NCBI GenBank assembly: GCA_045863855.1
Contig: BTVV01000046.1
Span: 1-43,155 of the forward strand
Source of the DNA: Planctomycetota bacterium
GTDB taxonomy: Bacteria; Planctomycetota; SZUA-567; H5-PLA8
Direction: 5' to 3'
DNA: 43,155 bases
This document shows positions 1 to 8,776 of this stretch, piece after piece. The notes under the pieces are model-generated. The model saw only the letters and a program-made list of their open reading frames with translations, was not told the origin of the DNA and made no database searches. Made by a program: the position numbers and the translations under genes. The first letter of the stretch is position 1; every line of letters starts with the position of its first letter.

Positions 1-960
1 GCCCTCGCTGTTCGTCTTGGCTTCCTGGGCGACCTTGCGAACGCGGCTGACCAGCGTGCCCTTGAGCAGGAAGCGCGTGCCGTTGGCCTCGATGATTCCG
101 TCGCAGTGCCCGCCGGCCAGGGCCAGCGCCAAGTGCCCGCGCTTCAGCGGCATGAGCGGCCGTTCAGGCTTCGGCGGCGGCGCCATGGCTTCACCGAGCA
201 GGGCGTTGCGCAGCGGCGACTTGCTCAACGTCTCCACGATCAGGTCGGCCGCGATCTTCTCGCGGCGCAGTTCCATGTCGTGCGTGACAGGGCGCAGGGT
301 CGCGACCGGCGCCGGCTCGTCGGGCAGTTCGGGCCACGATTGCGGGCTCTCGGCCCACTCCGGATATGGGACGTGGTTCTGGGCGAGCGCCCGGTCGCGC
401 CGTTTGGCGACGAGCACGCACTGCTTGAAGACGCCGTACTCAGGCTCGGGAAAGCGCCAGAGTCCGAGCAGTTGGAAGTTGCGCTCGACCGAGACGGCGA
501 GCCCGCAGTACCGATCGGCCAGTACGTAGTCCGGCACGATCAGGACGAGGTGTCCGCCGCGTGCGACCCATTCGCGCACCGCATTAAAGAGCAGCAGCTC
601 CATGCGGGATGAACCGCGGATGCGATCGTACGGCGGGTTAAAGAACAGCAGCGAGGCGTCGGCATCGCAGGCGGCGTCCTCGATCGCGGACCAGAGCGCC
701 TCGCCGTCGAGGGCCTTGAAGCATGCGTCCGCCCGAAGGGCTCGCGTGCGGTCCAGTTCGATCCCGTACGGCCGGAATTGCGGGCCGTCTTCGCGCTGCC
801 ACGCCTGATGGAGTTGCTGGAGCGCCACGCCTTCGCCGCAGCCGGGGTCCAGGAGCGTGACGAGCCCGCCGGCGGGGCGTTCGAAGAGCTTGGATATGGA
901 GCGTACGATCCTCGGCGGCGTGGGGAAGAACCCCATGGCCACCCGTCCGATTTCCCTCAC
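1..960 (-). CDS. Class I SAM-dependent (N6-adenine-type) DNA methyltransferase, DUF6094-like; runs off the left edge
   Basis: Not in the ORF track because its stop lies outside the window. Manual translation from GTG 960 (GGAG upstream; alternative ATG 990): MREIGRVAMGFFPTP...LLDPGCGEG (motif I)...YGIELD...LFFNPPYD (motif IV)...RPLMPLKRGHLALALAGG. Confidence 0.85.
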   Translation of the reverse strand, partial: MREIGRVAMGFFPTPPRIVRSISKLFERPAGGLVTLLDPGCGEGVALQQLHQAWQREDGPQFRPYGIELDRTRALRADACFKALDGEALWSAIEDAACDADASLLFFNPPYDRIRGSSRMELLLFNAVREWVARGGHLVLIVPDYVLADRYCGLAVSVERNFQLLGLWRFPEPEYGVFKQCVLVAKRRDRALAQNHVPYPEWAESPQSWPELPDEPAPVATLRPVTHDMELRREKIAADLIVETLSKSPLRNALLGEAMAPPPKPERPLMPLKRGHLALALAGGHCDGIIEANGTRFLLKGTLVSRVRKVAQEAKTNSEG

Positions 961-1132
961 GTGCACTCCGATGTTCGGGCTTCCGCCCATGCAGCAGCGG
1001 AGGCGGTCGGGAAAGATCGTCCCAAGCCTCCGCTGCTGCATCGCTGCCGTTGCCCCCAGGCTGGCGGCAACTTACTTCAAACGATGGAACCTACCCGCTA
1101 CTTGTGACGAAACGCAAGTCGGGCGCAAAAAT

Positions 1133-3115
1133 TTACTGCGCGGCCGCCGGAAAGAGCTTGGCGTTGGCTGCCCGCAGTCGAGCGGCAAGGATGTGCAGCG
1201 CCGGCATGGAGGTGACGTTGCCGGCCTGCGGCCGCTCCGGTTCGGCGGCTTGCTGGACGGCGACGGGCTCGGGCTTCGGCGCCGGCGGTTCGGCCGGCTT
1301 GGCGCTTCCGCGCAGCGCCCAGATGCGCTTGTCGAAATCACCGCTCCTGGAAAGCCCCATCAGTACACCGGCCACCTTACCGCCGCGGTAGAGCGCCGCC
1401 GCCGAACCGCTGCCGCGCGTCGCGTTGAAGTCGAGGCGGATCTCATCGAAGCCCGTATGGATCTGCAGGTGCCGCAGGAGCTTCGCATCGAAGATCGCGA
1501 CCTTGTTCTTCGCGAACGGATCCTCCTTCGGTCCGACCAGGGCTATTGACTCCGCGTGTCCCTCGGATTCGAAGTAGTCCTTAGACACGCAGCCAATCAG
1601 TACCGCCGGACTCGCGCGTTTCGCGTTCAACTCGAGCGTCTGCCTGACCTTGTCGTTCTCGACGGGGTTTTGACCGGACCAGCGCGCGTTCTTCCTCGGC
1701 AGCGCCAGATGCAGGTGGTGCGCCTGATCGGTGATGAGCATCGAGCGCACGATCAGCATGTGCCCGTCGGTGAAGTAGTCCGATTCCAGCTCGCCGACGT
1801 GACCCTTGAACGCATCGACCGGAGGCACGATCTCTTCGAGCGGCCCCAGTTCGGGAAGCGGATGCGCCGACTTCTTCTTGCCTGCCTTGGGTAGCTTGGT
1901 ATCCCGCGCCAGCTTTACGGGCTCGGGCTTCGAGAGATCCGTCCGGCTGATCTCGCCCACCGTCTCGCCGACGCCGATCACCACCATCTCGGGGACCGAC
2001 GGCACTGTGGGGGCCTGGACTTTGACCCAGCCGGACTTCTCGAGCGCCGCGCGCTCGGAATGCTCCGGCGCTTCGTCCGCCGGCAGGATGCCCCGTTCGT
2101 GCTGCCGACCCAGCATCGCCACGTAGGCTTCGGGCAGATGCTCGCGGCTCCCGTACCAGCAGCCCCCGTTCAGGAACGTGAAGCGGAAGCGCGCGGCCTT
2201 TAGCGCGGCGCGCGTATCCTCGCTCGGCTTGGCGCCGAACTTCAGTTCGACCTTGCCCTCGTACTTGCCCGTGCGGATCTCGACTTCCACGCCGTCGATC
2301 TCGCCGGAACCCAGGACGCTCCCGTGCTCGGGGTTCTCGGCTCCCCCGCCCTGCGCCGTGGTGCTGCCCTGCTTGCCCACGGCCACGGCGTCGATCAGCT
2401 TGGCGATCGGCATGCCGGCTTCCGCCGAGTTGGTATGCGTCTTGTTGCGGATGCGGAGCACCTCGCTCAGCCCCTTACCCTTGGCGACGATCCGGCCGGC
2501 CTTCTCGACGTGCCAGGCCATACCCTTCGGCGTGGCTTGGAACGTCGGGTAGTGTCCGATCACTTCGACCTTCGGCGGCGCGACCGTATGCCCTTGGCCG
2601 TGGCAGCGGTGGCAGAGCAGGAAGTTCTCGCCGTCGCTGCTGAACGGGATGGGGCTCACGACGCCGGAGAGCGGCTGGACTATGCGCGTGCACGTGGTCC
2701 CGTCCGGGCTGGTGGAGCGCAGACCAGTCACGCGGCCCTGCGCGTCCTTCACTTCCTCGGCATCGGGGCAATCGAGCTTCGCGACGGCCAAGTGGTAAGC
2801 GTGCGGATTCTGCCGCGCCTGCTTGAGCGTGATGCGCAGCGGATCCTCGCCGGAGCCGCCGCAGCGTTCGCACTTCGGCCCCTGCTGCGGAATGCGGCGC
2901 TCGATCGGCTTCCCGGACTGGCCGACCGCGTACGCTCCGACATCGACGCAGGCGACAAACTCGCCCTTGGTCGCCACGCCGTCCCAGGATTCGGGGCTGA
3001 AGTAATCGGTCATGCTGTCCGACTGATCTTCCTTCCAGCCCAGGATCTCCCAGCCCAGTTCCTTCAACGCGCGGCCGACGCAGGCGACCGCGGCACGCTT
3101 CTCGGTGTAGTGCAT
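1133..3115 (-). CDS. Multidomain (polyvalent-type) mobile-element protein, 660 aa
   Basis: Contains SDSMTDYF (LPD29-like motif), split CxxCxGxG Zn finger (CERCGGSG / CHRCHGQG) and a KFGAKPSEDTRAALKAARFRF..WYG segment. Coding-like codon usage. Confidence 0.75.
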   Translation of the reverse strand: MHYTEKRAAVACVGRALKELGWEILGWKEDQSDSMTDYFSPESWDGVATKGEFVACVDVGAYAVGQSGKPIERRIPQQGPKCERCGGSGEDPLRITLKQARQNPHAYHLAVAKLDCPDAEEVKDAQGRVTGLRSTSPDGTTCTRIVQPLSGVVSPIPFSSDGENFLLCHRCHGQGHTVAPPKVEVIGHYPTFQATPKGMAWHVEKAGRIVAKGKGLSEVLRIRNKTHTNSAEAGMPIAKLIDAVAVGKQGSTTAQGGGAENPEHGSVLGSGEIDGVEVEIRTGKYEGKVELKFGAKPSEDTRAALKAARFRFTFLNGGCWYGSREHLPEAYVAMLGRQHERGILPADEAPEHSERAALEKSGWVKVQAPTVPSVPEMVVIGVGETVGEISRTDLSKPEPVKLARDTKLPKAGKKKSAHPLPELGPLEEIVPPVDAFKGHVGELESDYFTDGHMLIVRSMLITDQAHHLHLALPRKNARWSGQNPVENDKVRQTLELNAKRASPAVLIGCVSKDYFESEGHAESIALVGPKEDPFAKNKVAIFDAKLLRHLQIHTGFDEIRLDFNATRGSGSAAALYRGGKVAGVLMGLSRSGDFDKRIWALRGSAKPAEPPAPKPEPVAVQQAAEPERPQAGNVTSMPALHILAARLRAANAKLFPAAAQ

Positions 3116-3118
3116 GAA

Positions 3119-3319
3119 TTAAGCTCCTTCGTTCAGGCGCTCGATGAGCGCGTGGACTTCTTCCTGGTCGAGCGGTTCGTGCTTCCCGCCGTCGGCCGCG
3201 ACTTCCGAATGCAGCTCGCCGGCCACGGATGGATCGTCGAGGTCGTTGGCCCAGTAATTCAGCGCGGCCAGGACGGTGGCAAGTTCGCGATCGGTAAGCG
3301 GATAAAGATCGGGCTCCAT
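3119..3319 (-). CDS. Hypothetical protein
   Basis: ORF with AAGGAG RBS, in the minus-strand operon. Confidence 0.7.
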   Translation of the reverse strand: MEPDLYPLTDRELATVLAALNYWANDLDDPSVAGELHSEVAADGGKHEPLDQEEVHALIERLNEGA

Positions 3320-3328
3320 CGGTTCTCC

Positions 3329-3475
3329 TTAAAGCTGGACCGTGAGGTAGTGGAAGACCGCGTAGAACGTGCACGCGGCCACGAAGAGCGCGGCACCGAG
3401 ACTCGGCGGCTCGCCGGCCTGATCCTGCTTGGCGGCATGGTTGGCGACGGCGGACAACAGTTCGACGGGTTCGAT
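3329..3475 (-). CDS. Small protein with C-terminal hydrophobic segment; apparent ATC start
   Basis: AGGAGG RBS 6 nt before ATC. 48 codons with high GC3 that exactly fill the gap between neighbours. Confidence 0.45.
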   Translation of the reverse strand: MEPVELLSAVANHAAKQDQAGEPPSLGAALFVAACTFYAVFHYLTVQL

Positions 3476-3478
3476 GAG

Positions 3479-3790
3479 TCACCTCCTGGAGCGATAGGCC
3501 GAGCGGAGCGCCTGGACGAAGGGCGTCCATGCGTTCGTGCGGGCCTGGGTTTGCTGGAATGGAATGGCGACAAAGGTGTCGTAGAGGCGCGTGAGTTCGG
3601 GATGAAAGTCCGAGCGCCAAAAGAATTCGTACGGCTTCCCGTCCTTGAGCTTCAGGATCGCAGAATCCACGGGAACCTTGGCATTCCAGAGCGGGATCAG
3701 GTAGTCGCAGAGGTGGTCGAAGGAATCGGGCATCGGCACAGCGATGACGCGGCGGCTCGCTAGTTCCGCACGCAGGCGTTCGACCGTCAT
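3479..3790 (-). CDS. Hypothetical protein
   Basis: ORF abutting its neighbours in the operon. Confidence 0.7.
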   Translation of the reverse strand: MTVERLRAELASRRVIAVPMPDSFDHLCDYLIPLWNAKVPVDSAILKLKDGKPYEFFWRSDFHPELTRLYDTFVAIPFQQTQARTNAWTPFVQALRSAYRSRR

Positions 3791-3791
3791 G

Positions 3792-4289
3792 CTACGCGGT
3801 CCGTAGTTTGCGGAGGCGCAAGACGCCCCGGACCACGCCCTCCACCATCAAGACCTTTTCCGAAATTACGCGGCGCTTCAGGCGGACCGCCGGCTTGACC
3901 TTGCGCCGCTCCGACAGAACGATCTGCGCATGGGCCGCGAGTTCGCGATAGGTGAACAGTTCTCGCAAGCCAGCGTCGAACGGCAGCCCTGTGTTCATAT
4001 TGAACGAGACCACCGGAACCCCGTACTTGTCGCATTCGACCGATGCGTAGTCGCCGAAGAGCCCGACGGAGAGGATGCCGGCGCCGAGATCGGGTCCGAC
4101 GTGGGCCAGGAATACGATGCCGGGCCGTTTAGCCAGCCGCTTCAGGCATTCCTCCGAACAGGCATCCGATTCCATCGAGACGACCTGCGAGGTCCGCTTC
4201 GCCATGGTGCAGCGGGAAAAGCCGGATGCCGCGAACAGATAGGCGTCGTGCGCAAAACACTTAACCGATGCGGGCTGGGCTGGGTGCAT
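3792..4289 (-). CDS. Hypothetical protein
   Basis: Start reassigned to ATG 4289 (MHPAQP...) after an AAGGAG RBS. Confidence 0.6.
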   Translation of the reverse strand: MHPAQPASVKCFAHDAYLFAASGFSRCTMAKRTSQVVSMESDACSEECLKRLAKRPGIVFLAHVGPDLGAGILSVGLFGDYASVECDKYGVPVVSFNMNTGLPFDAGLRELFTYRELAAHAQIVLSERRKVKPAVRLKRRVISEKVLMVEGVVRGVLRLRKLRTA

Positions 4290-4315
4290 GATGGATCTCC
4301 TTGGATCAGCGCGGC

Positions 4316-4822
4316 TTAGTACACTTGATGCGGCAGCTTGCCGACGGCGAGCTGGGCGCGGTGCTGCTGCATGGTCTCGTAGACTTCTTCGTCGAGCGCG
4401 TCTTTCTGGCCGGCGGCGAGGCGGCGGCGGTATTCTTCTTCGTCGTCGCAGTCGATGATGCCGAGATCGAGGCCGGGGATGTTCGAGTGCGCGGAGGATA
4501 CGGTCCCGCCTTCGAGGATCACGACGACTTGCGGGCGCTCGGCCGGTGCGTCGGAAAGCCATGCTCGCGCCGCTTGCTCACCGTTTGGACCAAAGTCCGC
4601 CACGATTGCCTGGGGTGAACCTTTGCGGTTCACGACCCATGAACTTGGCCCATATCGTGAACTCCGCAGAGATAATTCTAGTTCGCTCGTCGGCAGTGTT
4701 GGCGGTAGAAGCGTAGCGATGATCTCGACGGCTCGGGCCGCATACCTTTCGGGGTAATGCACCAGCAACTCTCCGATTAGTCGGCGCGCAGCCTGCATGG
4801 GCATGGATTCGGGCTCGATCAT
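4316..4822 (-). CDS. Hypothetical protein
   Basis: ORF with AGGAG RBS; VVVILEGGTV motif resembles VIVVMHGGVV in 6027-6290. Confidence 0.65.
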   Translation of the reverse strand: MIEPESMPMQAARRLIGELLVHYPERYAARAVEIIATLLPPTLPTSELELSLRSSRYGPSSWVVNRKGSPQAIVADFGPNGEQAARAWLSDAPAERPQVVVILEGGTVSSAHSNIPGLDLGIIDCDDEEEYRRRLAAGQKDALDEEVYETMQQHRAQLAVGKLPHQVY

Positions 4823-4877
4823 GGCGATTCTCCTGGTTTTGCGGGGATTGAAGGCGTTTCGCGGCGTTTGCGGCGGA

Positions 4878-5120
4878 TTACTTGCCGCTTAGGAACGCTT
4901 CGATCGCCTTATACGTGTTCTTAATGCCGAACTGCTTGCAGGTGCGCTTGATCGCGGGGCCGTCGTGGTGGTAAGACCGATCCCTGAAGGCCGCGCGCAT
5001 GCGCTCCGCGATCACGGGTACGCGATCGACTCCGAAGGCGTAGTCGCCGGGCATTTCGCGGACGCAGTCGGTCAGGTGCTTCTCGTACGCGGCCATCCAT
5101 TCATCAAGGCGGGACATCAT
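4878..5120 (-). CDS. Hypothetical phage-type protein
   Basis: ORF overlapping the upstream gene stop; GGAGG RBS. Confidence 0.7.
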   Translation of the reverse strand: MMSRLDEWMAAYEKHLTDCVREMPGDYAFGVDRVPVIAERMRAAFRDRSYHHDGPAIKRTCKQFGIKNTYKAIEAFLSGK

Positions 5121-5383
5121 TGATTGTCCTCCGCCTCATTCTCATCGGCCATTTGGGCAATATCGGAGACGTGCTCGGCCAGCAGACCTTCCGGGTACAA
5201 GGCTTGCAGCTCTCCGGCCAGCACCGCGACGACCACGAGGTCTTGGTCGCGGTTCATTTGCGCATACAATTCGGCGGCACTCTGCGGATCGGTCGCCCAG
5301 ACGTGCTCGGCAATCGCGATTCCGTCCGTCTCGTTGAACGCGATGATGGTGTACGGATTGTTCGGCTTCGGGTCTGAACTCAT
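5117..5383 (-). CDS. Hypothetical acidic protein
   Basis: ORF with AAGGAG RBS. Confidence 0.7.
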   Translation of the reverse strand: MSSDPKPNNPYTIIAFNETDGIAIAEHVWATDPQSAAELYAQMNRDQDLVVVAVLAGELQALYPEGLLAEHVSDIAQMADENEAEDNQ

Positions 5384-5393
5384 AAGATCTCCT

Positions 5394-5543
5394 TCAGGGC
5401 CGCGGCGCGGCCAGGGTTCGAGGCTTGGGGCGTTGGACCACGCCGCACTGCTGGCAGGTCCACTCGGTCTCCTTGACCGTGTGCTTCTGGGTGGACTTGC
5501 AGGCTGCGCAGTAGCGCAGGTCCGTGGCTCGCGGGCGCTTCAT
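5394..5543 (-). CDS. Small Zn-ribbon protein
   Basis: CAAC...CQQC; ATGA overlap with the upstream gene. Confidence 0.6.
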   Translation of the reverse strand: MKRPRATDLRYCAACKSTQKHTVKETEWTCQQCGVVQRPKPRTLAAPRP

Positions 5544-5779
5544 GGATCGAACGCCCGGTCGATGCCGCCGTACTCGGCGCCGCGTTCGGCCGCGAGTTCG
5601 CGCGTGGTCTTGCGGCAGAGGGTCGCAATCTGGATCAGGCTCAGGCCCGGCCCTTCGTGCGAAACCGGAGCCGACTCGCCGTGTGCCGAGCCGGCTTGAT
5701 AAATGCTCTCTATCCCGTCGGGTCCGACCTGGAAGACCTCGTACCCGTGTTCGTTGTACTCTCCGCAAATCTTGGGCAT
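5540..5779 (-). CDS. Hypothetical protein
   Basis: ORF with GGAG RBS. Confidence 0.65.
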   Translation of the reverse strand: MPKICGEYNEHGYEVFQVGPDGIESIYQAGSAHGESAPVSHEGPGLSLIQIATLCRKTTRELAAERGAEYGGIDRAFDP

Positions 5780-5782
5780 GGC

Positions 5783-5881
5783 TCACGCTCCCGTCAGTAG
5801 GTAGATGATCCCGGCGAGCGCGGCGACAACGCACGCCACGCCGATCAGCAGGATCCAAACGTCACGCTCGGCGCGTTTCAT
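5783..5881 (-). CDS. 32-aa single-TM peptide
   Basis: Manual translation MKRAERDVWILLIGVACVVAALAGIIYLLTGA; GGAG RBS. Confidence 0.55.
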   Translation of the reverse strand: MKRAERDVWILLIGVACVVAALAGIIYLLTGA

Positions 5882-6026
5882 GGGAATCTCCGGGGTTTAA
5901 GTGGGCCTGGGCGCAGGAGAGAACCGGCGTTCGTAACGCGCCGGTGACTGCGTGAGGGGTACTTCGTGGAGATTGGGCGGGTGACTACGAGGCATACGTC
6001 GCCCGCGCCCAGGCCCCCTCTATTCT

Positions 6027-6290
6027 TCAGGCGTTCGCGATGCGCCGGTCGGCTGCCTCGATTACGGGCTCGAGCGCCTTCTCGGATTCGAGTTCGGACT
6101 CGTGCTCGGAGTAGACGGCAAGGCCCTTGAACTGGCCCTTAGCCACCTCTTCTTCGATCTCGCCGCTCAAATACTTCGGATCCTCCAGCACGATCACTCG
6201 CCCTATGGCGACCTTCGGGTTGTTGTGCACGACTCGATCCACGACGCCACCGTGCATGACGACAATCACTTCCACCGCTTCGGCGCACAT
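6027..6290 (-). CDS. Hypothetical protein
   Basis: ATG 6290 after GGAG; in frame with ORF 6027..6557. Confidence 0.6.
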   Translation of the reverse strand: MCAEAVEVIVVMHGGVVDRVVHNNPKVAIGRVIVLEDPKYLSGEIEEEVAKGQFKGLAVYSEHESELESEKALEPVIEAADRRIANA

Positions 6291-6294
6291 GAGT

Positions 6295-6984
6295 TCAGTT
6301 CTCCAGGGCCTCGTCGGTCTCATGCGGCGCTTCGACGACGGCCGGCTGCGCCGAGGACGCCGACTTCGGTTCTGGGAGCCGGGCGGGCGTGAGGTAGAGC
6401 GCGGACTGCCCGAGGCTCTTGCGGAACGCTTCGGCGGATTCGCGGGTGCTGAAGGCGATCGCCTTGCGCCACTGCCGGGTCGCGGCCTGCCCGTCGCCGT
6501 GGAGGTACTCGCGGGCGCTGAAGCGCAGCGACCACGGCATCCCGCCGTCTTCGGCACGCTCGACCCGGATCAGCTTCGGCTTCTTGCGGGCCGGCCGGTC
6601 GTAGTACGCGCGGATCTTCTCGATCCACGCCGGGCTCACGCTGTCCAACGCTGCGGTCGCCGACTTGTGCCGGGTGCTCGAGTGGAGCGCGATGCCGGGC
6701 TGGATGGGGTGGTTCGAGGGGCGCAGCCGGGCGACCGGGCGGCCGCACGAATCGACGTAGGTGAACCACGCCGACTTGCCGGACTCGACTTCGCGGATCT
6801 CGCGGCGCTGGGCCTCGATCTCCTTGCGCTGCGCGTCCCGCAGCGCCTTCAGTTCGGCGGCGCGCTTGCGAGCCGCGGCGGCTTGCTCCCGCGCGCGGCG
6901 GTCCGCGTCCTTGGACGCCTGGACGGCCTTGTCCACGGAATCCCGGCCGAGCGCTTGGCCGAGCACGTTCTGCATCACGATCAT
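6295..6984 (-). CDS. Hypothetical protein with coiled-coil N-terminus
   Basis: ATG 6984 after AGGAG; in frame with ORF 6295..7020. Confidence 0.65.
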   Translation of the reverse strand: MIVMQNVLGQALGRDSVDKAVQASKDADRRAREQAAAARKRAAELKALRDAQRKEIEAQRREIREVESGKSAWFTYVDSCGRPVARLRPSNHPIQPGIALHSSTRHKSATAALDSVSPAWIEKIRAYYDRPARKKPKLIRVERAEDGGMPWSLRFSAREYLHGDGQAATRQWRKAIAFSTRESAEAFRKSLGQSALYLTPARLPEPKSASSAQPAVVEAPHETDEALEN

Positions 6985-7029
6985 TTGGATTCTCCTGACC
7001 TCGTGGTTGACCCTACCCAATGCTTGTGA

Positions 7030-7260
7030 TTAAACGCAAACCGGGAGCGCGGAAATATAACTGCGCTGGCGTACGCGCTCCGCCTTGTCGGCCTGTTCGA
7101 GCCATCGCTCCGCGCCGACCTCGTCGCCGCGTTCGGCCGCCTGGGCGGCGAATTCGAGACAGTCTGCGTGCTCGACCAGGCGATCGAGATGTTCCTTCTC
7201 GGCCCGGCGGCGGGATCGGCGCGCGCGGCGGCGCAGGTCGGAGACGTAGTAACGGGGCAT
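7030..7260 (-). CDS. Hypothetical protein
   Basis: AGGAG RBS immediately after a terminator hairpin. Confidence 0.65.
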   Translation of the reverse strand: MPRYYVSDLRRRARRSRRRAEKEHLDRLVEHADCLEFAAQAAERGDEVGAERWLEQADKAERVRQRSYISALPVCV

Positions 7261-7272
7261 CGCGGTGCTCCT

Positions 7273-7301
7273 AACAAAAAGCCCCGCCGGATTGGCGGGG
7301 C
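7273..7301 (-). terminator. Intrinsic terminator-like hairpin
   Basis: Minus strand GCCCCGCC-AATCC-GGCGGGGC followed by TTTTTGTT. Confidence 0.7.
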
Positions 7302-7371
7302 ACGGGACGACGGCGGGCCGTCCGGCTCGGAGCCTGATCGCAGGCCCCGGCCCGGAGGGTCCGGCTACTCC

Positions 7372-7494
7372 TTAACCCACTTGGTCCGGGCGGCGTAGGT
7401 CGCCCTCGCAGTTCAGCCAGGGCGTGAAGCCTTCGTACGTGAACTCGGGCCACTTCCCGTCCTTCATCACGTCGATCTTGACGTAGCGGGTCAT
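7372..7494 (-). CDS. Small hypothetical protein
   Basis: MTRYVKIDVMKDG...; ATGA overlap. Confidence 0.5.
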   Translation of the reverse strand: MTRYVKIDVMKDGKWPEFTYEGFTPWLNCEGDLRRPDQVG

Positions 7495-7781
7495 GCGTAT
7501 TTCTTCTCCACGTGGGCCTTGAAGCTCTGGAGCGTCACGCCGTAGGGCAAGCGGCCGACAAAGATCAATCGCTCTCCGTTGGGCTGAATGGCCTCGAAAA
7601 CGTGGGCGCCACGAAGATTCCGGTTCACGATGTCGAGAAGCTGCTTGGTCATCTCGGCGATACTGACCTCGCACTCGCCCCGATTGCGCTCCAGGGACGC
7701 CTGCACGTCGGACAGGGCGTCGGGGTCGTCCGGTCCGTTGTCGATGATCCCTCGCTCGATTTGGATGATGCGCGGCTTCAT
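7491..7781 (-). CDS. Hypothetical protein
   Basis: MKPRIIQIERG...; AAGGAG RBS; ATGA overlap. Confidence 0.65.
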   Translation of the reverse strand: MKPRIIQIERGIIDNGPDDPDALSDVQASLERNRGECEVSIAEMTKQLLDIVNRNLRGAHVFEAIQPNGERLIFVGRLPYGVTLQSFKAHVEKKYA

Positions 7782-7951
7782 GCTTGCTCCTTTTGCAGGG
7801 CGCGTTCCACCGCCGCGGCGACTCGTAAATAGCCGCCGGCGCGCAGGATCGCGACGATCTCGCTTGCGTTGTTCTGCGCTCGGATGGTTTCCAAGTTGCT
7901 CCTGACCATCCACATCTCGAATGGATCGAGCGGCCGCTGTTTCGTCTTCAT
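7778..7951 (-). CDS. Hypothetical protein
   Basis: MKTKQRPLDPFEMW...; abuts neighbours. Confidence 0.55.
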   Translation of the reverse strand: MKTKQRPLDPFEMWMVRSNLETIRAQNNASEIVAILRAGGYLRVAAAVERALQKEQA

Positions 7952-7953
7952 AT

Positions 7954-8151
7954 TCAGCCCGCCGCCACCACGAACCGGAGCGGTTCGCGGAGTTCTTTGC
8001 GGGCGGCGCGTTGGGCCGCGAACTTGGTGACGTAGGGCAGATCGTCGGAATCGCCCTGGGACTGCCAGCGCCAGGTCTTGACGCCGGGCGTCGGGCACGG
8101 GTTCGTGCGGTCGCGTTCGATGTAGACGGTGCGCAGGTTCTTCATGCTCAA
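7954..8151 (-). CDS. Hypothetical protein
   Basis: GGAGG RBS. Confidence 0.55.
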   Translation of the reverse strand: MSMKNLRTVYIERDRTNPCPTPGVKTWRWQSQGDSDDLPYVTKFAAQRAARKELREPLRFVVAAG

Positions 8152-8360
8152 TCCTCCATTCCCAGGCCCTCTCGGGCGGACTCGGCGACAGCGTGCGCCA
8201 GTTCGTTTCGGGTGGCCGCAGGTCCGGAGCAGATGTCCAGGATTTCTTGCAGCTTTTGGCGCATGCGAGCGCGCGATTTCTCGTCTCGCTCGTGCGCTTT
8301 GGCATCGGTCGCGATGCGCGCGTGGTAGATACGAAGCTGTTCCGGTGTCAATCCCGTCAT
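8148..8360 (-). CDS. Hypothetical protein
   Basis: MTGLTPEQL...; GGAGG RBS; ATGA overlap. Confidence 0.6.
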   Translation of the reverse strand: MTGLTPEQLRIYHARIATDAKAHERDEKSRARMRQKLQEILDICSGPAATRNELAHAVAESAREGLGMED

Positions 8361-8767
8361 TCGAGCGCCTCCGAGGCTTGTTTGAGTGCGGCTTCCATGC
8401 CGGCCCGAATTTGGGCGGACACCTCGGATAGCCAGTCGTATGCCTGATCGAAGGTGACTTCGCGCAGATTGCCGCGCTCGTAGATGTAGACGTGCGCCCA
8501 AGGCAGCGTGATCTTCATGCGCTCGACATCGCCGGAATCCCCGAACGCCTTGACCAGGCAGCACAGGTAGTACGGTGCGCCTTCGTCGGTCCAGGGACAT
8601 ATCAAGTGAGTTCCGGACTCCCGGAGTATCCAAACAAACTTATCGAGCTGCTCTTTCTTGATCCATTTCACGTCGATGCCGAGATCGCCGTCGTAGTATT
8701 TGGGCCAGCCGTGCTTGCGCACTTCTGCGGCCATGCAGGCGGGTAGTCCATGGGGAATGATGGGCAT
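8357..8767 (-). CDS. Hypothetical protein
   Basis: AGGAG RBS; operon context. Confidence 0.7.
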   Translation of the reverse strand: MPIIPHGLPACMAAEVRKHGWPKYYDGDLGIDVKWIKKEQLDKFVWILRESGTHLICPWTDEGAPYYLCCLVKAFGDSGDVERMKITLPWAHVYIYERGNLREVTFDQAYDWLSEVSAQIRAGMEAALKQASEALE

Positions 8768-8776
8768 GACGTTCTC

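Noticed and set aside
17..3763. Plus-strand ORFs (170, 230, 479 aa and others)
   Set aside because: Shadows of motif-bearing minus-strand genes.
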